Below, in pieces: positions 16,336 to 24,723 of a stretch of DNA of 28,965 bases; within the stretch, counting starts at the first letter, position 1; every line of letters begins with the position of its first letter. The notes under the pieces are model-generated. The model was not told where the DNA came from and ran no database searches. It was given only the letters and a program-made list of their open reading frames with translations. Source of the stretch: a virus (Duplodnaviria > Caudoviricetes). A program made the translations under genes and the position numbers. The stretch is from IMG/VR virus record IMGVR_UViG_3300023314_000083, positions 1-28,965 of that record; one strand, given 5' to 3'.

Positions 16336-17853
16336 TTAATAGCTGTTCGACCGCCGCACGGGCATGATTTGCTCGGGGAGCTGCATCACCGGGGGCCGGT
16401 GGTACCGCTGCCACTGCGCTTTAAAAGCACTGGTATAGTAGTAGTCGTTGGCGTCCGAGGTGTGGCCGAACTTCTCGTAGCGGATGCCGGTGTTTTCGTC
16501 CTTCGCTTCCTCCTTCAGCTTGGTGCCGTCGGGGGCCTCCTTCAAATAGATATAGTCGCCGATGGTGTGGACGCAGCTTTCATCAATGAGGAATTCCAGC
16601 CCGTCGAGCTTCTGCTCATGCACGGCCGTAATCCACTGGCCGCGCACCGCCACCGGGGGCGCTTTGGTCGCTACCCGGTTTTGGGGGTGCAGCTTCGCCA
16701 GCTCCTTTAGAATGATGGAGTAGTCGTTGGTGCCTTCCTCGCTGCGGGTGTCACGCTTCTTGCCCGATGGGTCGCCGTAGATGAACAGCCCGCCCTCGTG
16801 CTGGCCGAACTTCGATTTGAGGAAGGCCGCGCACACCTTGCTGGTGGAGTTGTTGGGGTTTTCCAGGCAGATTTCAGCCAGCTGCACATCAGTAGTGCCG
16901 TACTGCTGGTGAATGCAGAGCGTGTTGTAGGGAATGGCGTTCTGGTCGAAAGTCAGGTGCAGCGGCAGGGCCGGGTCGTAGCGGTGGGCGAAGTTGCCAA
17001 CGTGCTTGCTGCGGTCGAACTGCTTGTAAAACTCCCCACCAGTTCGGCTGAACGGGTCGCCATAAATGAGCATGCCCTGCTTGTCCACGTTGATGTTGGC
17101 AAACTGGTTGCTGATGTAGTTGCTCGGCAGGTTGTGCCGGTTCAGGTGGCTGGCGCTGATGGTCACCATCTTGTTGCCCGCCTCGTGCCGGAAGTATTTC
17201 GGCGGGGTGTAGATGGTGCGTTTGATTTCGGCTTGCATCCCTTCCAGCCCGAACCACTCGTTAATCCACGGCACTTTCGCGGGCGAGGTGAAGATGTAGA
17301 GCGGGTTGAAGGGCTCGGGCGTCAGGTCGCCCACTAGCTCGCCGGCCTCGTTGATGTACATACCCTGCTGGCGCAGGCGGCCCACAATCACCTCCTTCAC
17401 GGCCACTTCTTTGGTGTCCTTCGTTTCGTCCAGCATGGCCCAGCAGATTTCCATGCCGTCGAGGGCCTTGTAGTTATCGAGGCTGCCGATGTACACCACC
17501 GCGCCCCAACTGAAGCTCATAATGTTGTTGTAGCTATCGAACTCGTAGAAGGTGGTGAAGTGCTTGGGCGGGCGCTTGCCGACCACGTAGTGCCCGGTTT
17601 TCTTCTTGTCGTCCCACTCCGTAACCCCGAATTCCTGCTTCCACACCTCGCGGATGCGGAACAGCGTCGAGCGCGTGAGCTGGGAGTAGGTGTTGGCCGC
17701 GATGAGCCCGCGCATACGCGGGAAGCTCTGCAGGTACAGGTACGAGATGACGCCGGCCAGGTGGGTTTTGCCACTGCCTTGCCCAGCAAGAAAGAGGTTT
17801 ACCTGTCGCCGGCTCTCGAAAATATCAAATTGCGGGTCACTCAGGCTTATCAT
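16336..17853 (-). CDS. terL: Terminase large subunit
   Basis: Walker A AGQGSGKT, Walker B WAMLDE, nuclease TFDQN, YGDPSG, HTSDANDY. Confidence 0.92.
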   Translation of the reverse strand: MISLSDPQFDIFESRRQVNLFLAGQGSGKTHLAGVISYLYLQSFPRMRGLIAANTYSQLTRSTLFRIREVWKQEFGVTEWDDKKKTGHYVVGKRPPKHFTTFYEFDSYNNIMSFSWGAVVYIGSLDNYKALDGMEICWAMLDETKDTKEVAVKEVIVGRLRQQGMYINEAGELVGDLTPEPFNPLYIFTSPAKVPWINEWFGLEGMQAEIKRTIYTPPKYFRHEAGNKMVTISASHLNRHNLPSNYISNQFANINVDKQGMLIYGDPFSRTGGEFYKQFDRSKHVGNFAHRYDPALPLHLTFDQNAIPYNTLCIHQQYGTTDVQLAEICLENPNNSTSKVCAAFLKSKFGQHEGGLFIYGDPSGKKRDTRSEEGTNDYSIILKELAKLHPQNRVATKAPPVAVRGQWITAVHEQKLDGLEFLIDESCVHTIGDYIYLKEAPDGTKLKEEAKDENTGIRYEKFGHTSDANDYYYTSAFKAQWQRYHRPPVMQLPEQIMPVRRSNSY

Positions 17854-18331
17854 CGGTCGGGCGGTGGCGAGTGATTTGAATAATGGTTGGTGGGCCGGGG
17901 TTCTTAATCTCACCACTGTGGTTCACCTCAGCCTTATCAGTCAGGCCCTCTACAACTTGCAACCATAGCTTGGCCGCTGTAGCGTCCGGTGGGTAGTGTT
18001 CGGTGTAGGGTATTTCCTCCACATGGGAGCCTACGCCAGTCACGGAAACGGTCAGAATCTTGACCGCCTCGTGCGAGTAGCCGGTGGCGCGCTGGTAGAG
18101 CTTCAGCATCACGTCGGGCGTGAGAATCTGGAACGGGTTTTTTGACCCGTCGCCCAACTTGATACGCTTCAGGTGGGCCTTTACCGTCTTGTCCGACAGT
18201 CCCGTGAGCCCGACCAATTCCTGCACGGTAGGGGCACGCAGCTCATCCTTGATGAAGTTGAGCATGTGCTTGCGGATAAGGCTGCGGTTACGCTTGCCGT
18301 CTTCGCGCTCAGTAGGGGCTTGGCTGGACAT
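17837..18331 (-). CDS. terS: Terminase small subunit
   Basis: N-terminal HTH (PTVQELVGLTGLSDKTV) plus LYQRATGY...HYPPDATAAKLWL; overlaps the terL start. Confidence 0.8.
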   Translation of the reverse strand: MSSQAPTEREDGKRNRSLIRKHMLNFIKDELRAPTVQELVGLTGLSDKTVKAHLKRIKLGDGSKNPFQILTPDVMLKLYQRATGYSHEAVKILTVSVTGVGSHVEEIPYTEHYPPDATAAKLWLQVVEGLTDKAEVNHSGEIKNPGPPTIIQITRHRPTDDKPE

Positions 18332-18433
18332 AGTACAATCGGGCGGAACAGCGGTGGAGAGCTGCGGGGCAGACTCTGCCCTAGTAGAATAGAACGGAAA
18401 ACTACTCTCTTGCCACTCGAAAGGGGATTTCTT

Positions 18434-18528
18434 GTGAGTAATAGTGAATAGATTTCCACAACTACGGGGTAAAAATTCCACAATTACTCACTTGAAAAAG
18501 TACCGGATTTGCAGCGGCTCTAAGTTTG
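18434..18528. promoter_or_regulatory. Divergent late-gene control region
   Basis: Imperfect inverted repeat 18434-18449 / 18475-18491; direct repeats TTCCACAAyTAC at 18454 and 18476; TAAGTTTG -7 element at 18521-18528. Confidence 0.55.
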
Positions 18529-18555
18529 GGTATTGCTTTTCACGCGCTGCTGCAT

Positions 18556-19638
18556 ATGGCTACCCCAACCCTTCAGATTTATTCCGCTATCGGCTTCAAC
18601 CCGGCCACCGGGGCAGGGCTCAGCGCGGCTGAGTTTGGCGCGAGGCTGGCCGAGGCTGAGGCAACGGGCGAGAAGCGGGTGGCCGTGCGCATCAACAGCG
18701 GCGGCGGCGACTGGCAGGAAGGCCAGACCATGTACGACCTGCTCAAAGCCAGCTCGCTCAAGGTCGATACCTATTGTGTCGGGCTGGTGGCCTCGGCTGC
18801 TACCCTGCCCTTCATGGCGGGCAACAAGCGGCTGATTTCGGCCCACGCCAAGCTCATGATTCACAACTGCGCCAGCGGCGCGGCGGGCGGTATTGCCGAC
18901 CTAGAAAACGCTATCAATCAGCAGAAGGCCGTCAACGCCAGCATGGCCCAGCTGTATGCGACGGCCTCGGGCCAGACCGTGGAGAAGTGCGCCGAACTGA
19001 TGGCCGCCACCACTTACATGGATGCTGAAACGGCCGTGGCCCTGGGCTTCGCCACCGGCATCGTGGACGACGACAAAAAAGCCCTGGCCCCGCCGTCCGA
19101 CATGCCCACCGCCGAGCTGGCGGGCTACTACGCTGCATTGCTTCCCCAACCCACGAATATGAAAAACCTACTCCTTCCCATCATGGCAGCCGCTGGGCTG
19201 TCCACCATTACCGCCGCCTCGCCCGACGCTGACGTGGCCTTGGCTGTATCGGCCGCCTTCACTGAGCGCGACAAGTTCAAAAAGGACGCGGAGGATGCCC
19301 GCGCCGCCGTGGCTGAAGCCACCACCAAACTCACCGAGGCCGAGGCCAAGCTGAAGGACTTCGAGGACCAGGCCACCGCCAACGCTGCCACGGCCGCCGC
19401 CAACGCGGTAACTGCCCTGGTTGATGGTGCTGTCACTTCCGGCCGCATCACGGCCAGCATGAAGGACACCTATACCAAGCTCGCCACAGCCGACCTCGCC
19501 AGCACCACGGCCCTTATCGCTGCCCTGCCGGCTCACAAGTCGCTGCTGCATGTGGTCGAGGCTGACCTGGGCAACGCGGGCGTTCACACCGCTGGCGGGG
19601 CCATGCTCGAAATCAAGGCGAAGCTGGCCGGCCAATAG
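18556..19638 (+). CDS. ClpP-type prohead protease with C-terminal scaffold
   Basis: RINSGGG, GLVASAAT, LMIHN, TYMDAETAVALGF; Ala-rich coiled-coil C-terminal half. Confidence 0.9.
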   Translation: MATPTLQIYSAIGFNPATGAGLSAAEFGARLAEAEATGEKRVAVRINSGGGDWQEGQTMYDLLKASSLKVDTYCVGLVASAATLPFMAGNKRLISAHAKLMIHNCASGAAGGIADLENAINQQKAVNASMAQLYATASGQTVEKCAELMAATTYMDAETAVALGFATGIVDDDKKALAPPSDMPTAELAGYYAALLPQPTNMKNLLLPIMAAAGLSTITAASPDADVALAVSAAFTERDKFKKDAEDARAAVAEATTKLTEAEAKLKDFEDQATANAATAAANAVTALVDGAVTSGRITASMKDTYTKLATADLASTTALIAALPAHKSLLHVVEADLGNAGVHTAGGAMLEIKAKLAGQ

Positions 19639-19676
19639 TCTCACCTCCCACGCATTTTAACCCCCAGTAGCTCGAC

Positions 19677-20618
19677 ATGGCACTGACTATCACAGATACT
19701 ACTTACAGCGGCGAAGTAGCTTCGTCGTTCATCGTAAAGGCCACCATCGGCAACGAGATTGTGCAGGGTGGGCACGTTTACGTCAAGGACGGCATCAAAA
19801 AGAAGTACACCATTCCGCGCATGAACGTGGGGGATGACTTCATCCAGGACCGCGTAGATACGCCCGTTTCGGGTGGCTCGGGCACCGGCAAGGGCACCAT
19901 CACGGTGGACGCCCGGGTACTGGACCCGGCCGACTACATGATTTACCAGGAATTCAACCCACGCGACTTCGAGGAGCATTGGGAGGCCATCAACCTGAGT
20001 CCGAACCTGATTGACCGCAAGCTGCCGGTCACGGTGGAGTCGGTCATCATCCAGGAGGTGATGAAGAAGCACAACCAATGGTTGGGCGGTGCCATCATGC
20101 GCGGCAACACCGCCGTGACCACCAACAACCTGAAATACTTCGACGGCCTGATTACCCGCGCCATCGCGGACAGCGACGTAACGAAAGTGGCCTCGCCGGT
20201 TATCCTGACCGCCGCCAACATCGAATCGAAGTTGGAGCTGTCGCTGCAGTCGGTGCCCGCCGCCGTGCTGTACAACCCCAAGCTGAAGGTGTTTGTGAGC
20301 TACAAAACCGCCCAGTTGTGGGAGCAAGCCCAGCGAGCCGCCGGGTTCAAGGGCGTGGACAACACGATGGCCGGCATCATGCGCTTCGCTGGCCGTCAGA
20401 TGGTGTACCTCTACGGCATGCCTGACAACACCATCTTCTGGGCCGTGGGCGACGTGGATATGACCTCGAACCTGTGGCTCGGCCTCAACTCGAAGGACGA
20501 CGCCACGGTGCAAATCGCCCGCCTGCAAGCCAACAGCGAGAAGTATTTCATCAAAATGCTTTGCAAGGCCGACGCCAACTACGGCTACGGCGGCGAAACG
20601 GCGCTCTACACGCTGTAA
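19677..20618 (+). CDS. Major capsid protein
   Basis: 313 aa directly after the protease/scaffold; YFDGLI motif; strong codon bias; followed by a hairpin. Confidence 0.8.
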   Translation: MALTITDTTYSGEVASSFIVKATIGNEIVQGGHVYVKDGIKKKYTIPRMNVGDDFIQDRVDTPVSGGSGTGKGTITVDARVLDPADYMIYQEFNPRDFEEHWEAINLSPNLIDRKLPVTVESVIIQEVMKKHNQWLGGAIMRGNTAVTTNNLKYFDGLITRAIADSDVTKVASPVILTAANIESKLELSLQSVPAAVLYNPKLKVFVSYKTAQLWEQAQRAAGFKGVDNTMAGIMRFAGRQMVYLYGMPDNTIFWAVGDVDMTSNLWLGLNSKDDATVQIARLQANSEKYFIKMLCKADANYGYGGETALYTL

Positions 20619-20646
20619 GCGAGCATCTAAAAGCGACCAGCTAACC

Positions 20647-20675
20647 GGCCGCCATTCTTCGGGATGGCGGCCTTT
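20647..20675 (+). terminator. Hairpin after the capsid gene (weak terminator or RNA stabiliser)
   Basis: GGCCGCCATT-C-TTCG-G-GATGGCGGCC with a cUUCGg tetraloop, then TTT. Confidence 0.6.
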
Positions 20676-20712
20676 GGCGGCAACAATCCATTGGTTTAAC
20701 TACGCCCACAAC

Positions 20713-20925
20713 ATGGCTACTATCAACGATAAAGCGGGCATCCGCGCCACTTTCGCCGCCGTGCCTGCCTTCAAAGAAGTGTACGTGCTGCAAGATGGCA
20801 CCCACTACTTCAATAAGGACCACGCCAAGCACGCCGCTGGCGAAAAGGGCAAGTTCGACACATACAAGGAGGACGCAAAGGAGCTGCTGGACGAGCAGCC
20901 TGCTGCGCCTGCGCCCCAAGCCTAG
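20713..20925 (+). CDS. Small hypothetical virion-associated protein
   Basis: 70 aa after the capsid gene, strong codon bias. Confidence 0.7.
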   Translation: MATINDKAGIRATFAAVPAFKEVYVLQDGTHYFNKDHAKHAAGEKGKFDTYKEDAKELLDEQPAAPAPQA

Positions 20926-20965
20926 TACTGGCTACCCCACCGCTTCTACCACCCACCTGTCACTC

Positions 20966-21373
20966 ATGCGCCTAGTCCTTAAACGCACCGTTTTCACTCA
21001 GAAAAGCACCATCGGCGAGCTGTCCATTGATGGCCGCCTTGTCTGCCATGTGCTGGAGGACGTGGTGCGCCCGGCCGGGCAAAAGGTGTTTGGCAAAACG
21101 GCTATTCCGGCCGGCACTTACGACATCATCGTGAACCTGAGCAACCGCTTCCGGGTGCTGATGCCGCTGCTGTTAAAAGTGCGTGGCTTTGAAGGGGTGC
21201 GCATCCACGCGGGCAACACAGAGGCTGATACCCTCGGCTGCTTGCTCGTGGGCACCTACGACCCGCGCAAGCCGGACTTCGTGGGCAACTCGCGCCAAGC
21301 CTACGCCCAGGTGCTGGCCCGCATCAATGCCGCGCTGGCTGCCCGTGAACCTGTCACCATCACCATCTCCTAA
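20966..21373 (+). CDS. DUF5675-family protein, probable endolysin
   Basis: STIGELSIDG, TAIPAGTY, GVRIHAGNTEADTLGCLLVG; first gene of the lysis cassette. Confidence 0.75.
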   Translation: MRLVLKRTVFTQKSTIGELSIDGRLVCHVLEDVVRPAGQKVFGKTAIPAGTYDIIVNLSNRFRVLMPLLLKVRGFEGVRIHAGNTEADTLGCLLVGTYDPRKPDFVGNSRQAYAQVLARINAALAAREPVTITIS

Positions 21374-21376
21374 GCC

Positions 21377-21679
21377 GTGAGTACGACCAATAACACCGTT
21401 TCGGCGGAGTGGGTGAAGTGGGTGGCCGGGCTGGCGCTAACGCTCAGCGGCACGGCCTTCGGCTACGCCATCAACACCGAACACCGGCAAACGGCCACCG
21501 AAACCACCCTGGAGCAGCACATCACTGACGCACGGGAAACGAAGGCCGAAATAAACGCCCGCCTCAAAGCCACCGAGGACAAGCAAGCCGCCGTGCTGGA
21601 AAGCATCAACGCCGTGCGCGTGGACGTGGCCGCCATTCGTGGGGCCCTTGGCATCAAACGTCAACCCATCGACCAATAA
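21377..21679 (+). CDS. Single-TM coiled-coil protein (holin/antiholin-like)
   Basis: N-terminal TM WVAGLALTLSGTAFGYAI, then coiled coil. Confidence 0.6.
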   Translation: MSTTNNTVSAEWVKWVAGLALTLSGTAFGYAINTEHRQTATETTLEQHITDARETKAEINARLKATEDKQAAVLESINAVRVDVAAIRGALGIKRQPIDQ

Positions 21680-21682
21680 GCT

Positions 21683-22282
21683 ATGCGTATTCATATTGTG
21701 TTTAGCCTCTTGGGGGCTTCGCTGGCCCTGAGTAGCTGCAAGCTGGGCAAGATTTTCGAGCCCTCGCCTGAGCGGCAGTTGGCGAAGCTGGTGGCGGCGC
21801 ATCCTGAGCTGGCCCAGCCCGACACGGTGACCATTCACGACACCATCACGGTGCCGCAGGTCCACGTCGAAACCCGCTTTGTGTACCGCACCAACCCGGT
21901 GAAGGAGCAGCGCGACAGCCTGCGCCTCGACTCGCTGCTGCAGAAACTGGAAACGCATCTCGACACGGCCAGCCGCCGGGCCACCGTGCGCGAGGTATTC
22001 CACTACGTGCGCACCGAGCGGCCCCGCTTCCCTGACACCCTCTGCTTTGATACGCTGGGGCTACGGGGCAAAGTGTGGCGCACTGGCTCAGCCTATCAAA
22101 TCAGCCTCACCCGCAAAGAAATTCGGCAACCCCACGCCGCCCGCGCCGTGGTGGCCCGCCTTAAACCCTGCGACTGCGCCCCGCTGGTGTGGTACGACCC
22201 GCGCACCTGGCCCTACGGCTGGCTGCTGTGTGGCATCCTCATTGGCTTAATCGCTCGCTTCCGTCAATCCCGCACCGCATGA
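21683..22282 (+). CDS. Lipoprotein with C-terminal TM, candidate unimolecular spanin
   Basis: Lipobox LALSS-C19; C-terminal GWLLCGILIGLIA followed by a basic tail. Confidence 0.65.
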   Translation: MRIHIVFSLLGASLALSSCKLGKIFEPSPERQLAKLVAAHPELAQPDTVTIHDTITVPQVHVETRFVYRTNPVKEQRDSLRLDSLLQKLETHLDTASRRATVREVFHYVRTERPRFPDTLCFDTLGLRGKVWRTGSAYQISLTRKEIRQPHAARAVVARLKPCDCAPLVWYDPRTWPYGWLLCGILIGLIARFRQSRTA

Positions 22283-22506
22283 AGACGCTACTCGCCCGCT
22301 TTACCGCCCCTACCCCAGCCTTCTGGCGCAAGGTGCGCAACATCACCGTGGGCGTGGGTGCCGTGGCGGAGTTCGTGCTGCATTACGAGGCCACGCCCGA
22401 GGGCTGGCTGCCGCTGCTCAAAACCCTTGCCACCGTCGCCGCTACCGCTGCCTTCGTGGCGCAGCTGACTTGCAAAGATTCCCCCACCGACCAACCCGCC
22501 CCCTAA
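22279..22506 (+). CDS. Putative holin
   Basis: 75 aa; TPAFWRKVRN then two hydrophobic segments. Confidence 0.65.
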   Translation: MKTLLARFTAPTPAFWRKVRNITVGVGAVAEFVLHYEATPEGWLPLLKTLATVAATAAFVAQLTCKDSPTDQPAP

Positions 22507-22509
22507 CTT

Positions 22510-23712
22510 ATGGCCCTGCCTGACATCCTTATTTCCAAAGCGGCCGGTGGCCTGGGCCGCCAGCAGCCCACCGACGACGGCATCAGCGCCTTCATCACGC
22601 AGGGTATTGCCATCGCGGGCAAGCTCACGCTGGGCACCGTGTACGAGTTGCGCAGCATCCAGGCCGCCGAGGCGCTGGGCTTGACGGCTTCCCACGCCAC
22701 CTATGCTAAGCCCTACCGGCACATTGCCGAGTATTTCCGCCTGAGCCCGGGCGCGGTGCTGCTGTTCATGGCCGTGGCCCGCACGGTCACGATGGCGAAC
22801 ATCTGCGACCGCACCCTTGGCGGCGGGGCGAAGGCCCTGCTCACGAATGCCAACGGCCGCGTGAAGCAGCTCGCCGTGTGCCTCAATCCGGCCAGCGGCG
22901 GCAGCGCCCCCACCACGACGGGCGGCCTCAACGACGACGTGGTGGGTGCCATCGACAAGGCGCAGGCCCTGGCTGCCGAGGAATTCGAGCAACACCGCCC
23001 CGTCGTGGTGCTGCTGGCCGGGCACAACCTGGCTACGGACCTCAGCACCGTGGCCGACCTGCGCGGCAAATCCAGCGAGTACGTGAGCGTCGTCGTAGGC
23101 ACCGACCACAGCCTGCTACCGGGGGAGCCCGCCATCGGCACCACGCTGGGCGCGGTGGCGGCTGCCCGCGTGAATGAGTCGATTGCGTGGGTGCAGAAAT
23201 TCAACCTGACCGGCGACGGCGCTTTTGTAAACGCGGGCCTGAGCAACGGCAAAGCCCTATCGGAGCTGCTGCCCGGCGACCTGGGCGGCGTGTCGGATAA
23301 GGGGCTGATTGCGGTACGGCAGCACGCTGGCCTTGATGGCTTCTACTTCACCGATACGCCTACCTGCACCCTTGCCAGCAGCGACTACGCGCAAGTGGAA
23401 AACGTGCGCACCACCAACAAAGCGTCCCGCGTGTGCCGTACGGCCCTGCTGCCGTCGCTGAACGGCCCGCTGCTGGTGAACGCCGACGGCACCCTGCAAT
23501 CGCAGGTTATCGGCGAGCTGCAGGGCACGGCTACGGCCGCCCTGAATACGGCCCTGCTGCAAACCGGCGAAGCCAGCGCCCTGGGTGTGTACATCGACCC
23601 GTCGCAGAACGTCATCAGCACCTCCAAGCTGGCCGTCAAGGTGCGCATCGTGCCCGTGGGGGTGGCGCGGCAAATCACGGTAGACCTGGGCCTATCCACT
23701 AAACTTTCTTAA
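22510..23712 (+). CDS. Contractile tail sheath (DUF2586-like)
   Basis: SDYAQVENVRTTNKA, IDPSQNV, IVPVGVARQITVDLG sheath C-terminus. Confidence 0.88.
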   Translation: MALPDILISKAAGGLGRQQPTDDGISAFITQGIAIAGKLTLGTVYELRSIQAAEALGLTASHATYAKPYRHIAEYFRLSPGAVLLFMAVARTVTMANICDRTLGGGAKALLTNANGRVKQLAVCLNPASGGSAPTTTGGLNDDVVGAIDKAQALAAEEFEQHRPVVVLLAGHNLATDLSTVADLRGKSSEYVSVVVGTDHSLLPGEPAIGTTLGAVAAARVNESIAWVQKFNLTGDGAFVNAGLSNGKALSELLPGDLGGVSDKGLIAVRQHAGLDGFYFTDTPTCTLASSDYAQVENVRTTNKASRVCRTALLPSLNGPLLVNADGTLQSQVIGELQGTATAALNTALLQTGEASALGVYIDPSQNVISTSKLAVKVRIVPVGVARQITVDLGLSTKLS

Positions 23713-23720
23713 TCCCGACA

Positions 23721-24152
23721 ATGGCTAACGAATTCGTTCCGAACATCAACGGCCGCGCCTACGACTGGGCCAGCATCAAGCTGCAACTGCTCAAGCAGAC
23801 AGTGGCCGGCGTGACAGCCATTTCCTACGGCGTCAAGCAGGAAAAGGTCAACAACTACGGCGCGGGCACCAACCCCGTCAGCCGGGGCCTGGGCAAGCGC
23901 GAGCCCAATGCCAGTATTACGCTGGAGATGAAAGAGGTGGAGCGCATCACGGCCGCCCTGCCGCCCGGTGGCTCGCTGCTCGACATTCCGCCCTTCCCCA
24001 TCGTGGTGAGCTACGTGAACCCCAGCAACCAGTTGATTACCCACACGCTGTTTAACTGCGAGTTCACCGAGAACAAGCGCGAAATTAAGGCGGGTGACAC
24101 CTCGATTGAGGTAGAACTGCCCCTCATCCTCTCACACATTGAAGGTCTGTAA
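23721..24152 (+). CDS. Tail tube protein
   Basis: INGRAYDWASI, YGAGTNPVSRGLG; follows the sheath gene. Confidence 0.85.
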   Translation: MANEFVPNINGRAYDWASIKLQLLKQTVAGVTAISYGVKQEKVNNYGAGTNPVSRGLGKREPNASITLEMKEVERITAALPPGGSLLDIPPFPIVVSYVNPSNQLITHTLFNCEFTENKREIKAGDTSIEVELPLILSHIEGL

Positions 24153-24155
24153 TTT

Positions 24156-24479
24156 ATGAACCCGACTCCCGAACAAATTGCCGCCTGGAAAGAACAGCAC
24201 GGCACGCTTACGGCCATTTCGGTCACCGTTGCCGAGGGCGACGTGGCCGTGGCCTACCTCAAGGAAGCTGACCGCAACGTGATGGCATTCGGCCTGACCA
24301 AGATGGCGAACGACCGCATCGTGGAGGCGGGCGAGTTCGTGCTGAAAAACTGCTTCATCGGCGGCGACGAGCGCCTGAAACTCACCGGCCCCGCCGCCGA
24401 AACCAAGCCCCAGGTCGCGGCCTCTATCGCGGCGGCCTCGCTGCTGCGGGCAATGGAAGTTTCGGTAAAAAACGTGTAG
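24156..24479 (+). CDS. Tail assembly chaperone (short form)
   Basis: EQIAAWKEQHG motif; lies between tube and tape measure genes. Confidence 0.85.
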   Translation: MNPTPEQIAAWKEQHGTLTAISVTVAEGDVAVAYLKEADRNVMAFGLTKMANDRIVEAGEFVLKNCFIGGDERLKLTGPAAETKPQVAASIAAASLLRAMEVSVKNV

Positions 24480-24676
24480 CCGCCGCGCCGGTCCTCAGCG
24501 ACAAGCCTGAAGCTGACGACCTGCAGAAAATGGCGGCCCTCATCAGCCACTTCCTCCACATTCCCGACCCTGAAAAGCTCAGCGATGAGGACTTTGGGGC
24601 CAAGTTTCAACAAGCCGACTGGCTACGTCGCAACCCTCAGGTGCGCGGCGTGCAGTACGTCGGACTGGTTGCCTAA
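24467..24676 (+). CDS. Tail assembly chaperone -1 frameshift extension (gpGT-like)
   Basis: Phased A_AAA_AAC at 24467-24473; -1 frame open to TAA at 24674-24676 (...HIPDPEKLSDEDFGAKFQQADWLR...). Confidence 0.8.
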   Translation, partial: KKRVAAAPVLSDKPEADDLQKMAALISHFLHIPDPEKLSDEDFGAKFQQADWLRRNPQVRGVQYVGLVA

Positions 24677-24681
24677 TTCAC

Positions 24682-24714
24682 CAGCGCCGCCCTCCCCGGC
24701 GGCGCTGCTTTTTT
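24682..24714 (+). terminator. Intrinsic terminator between chaperone and tape measure genes
   Basis: CAGCGCCGCC-CTCCCC-GGCGGCGCTG-C-T6. Confidence 0.65.
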
Positions 24715-24723
24715 ACCCCGCAC

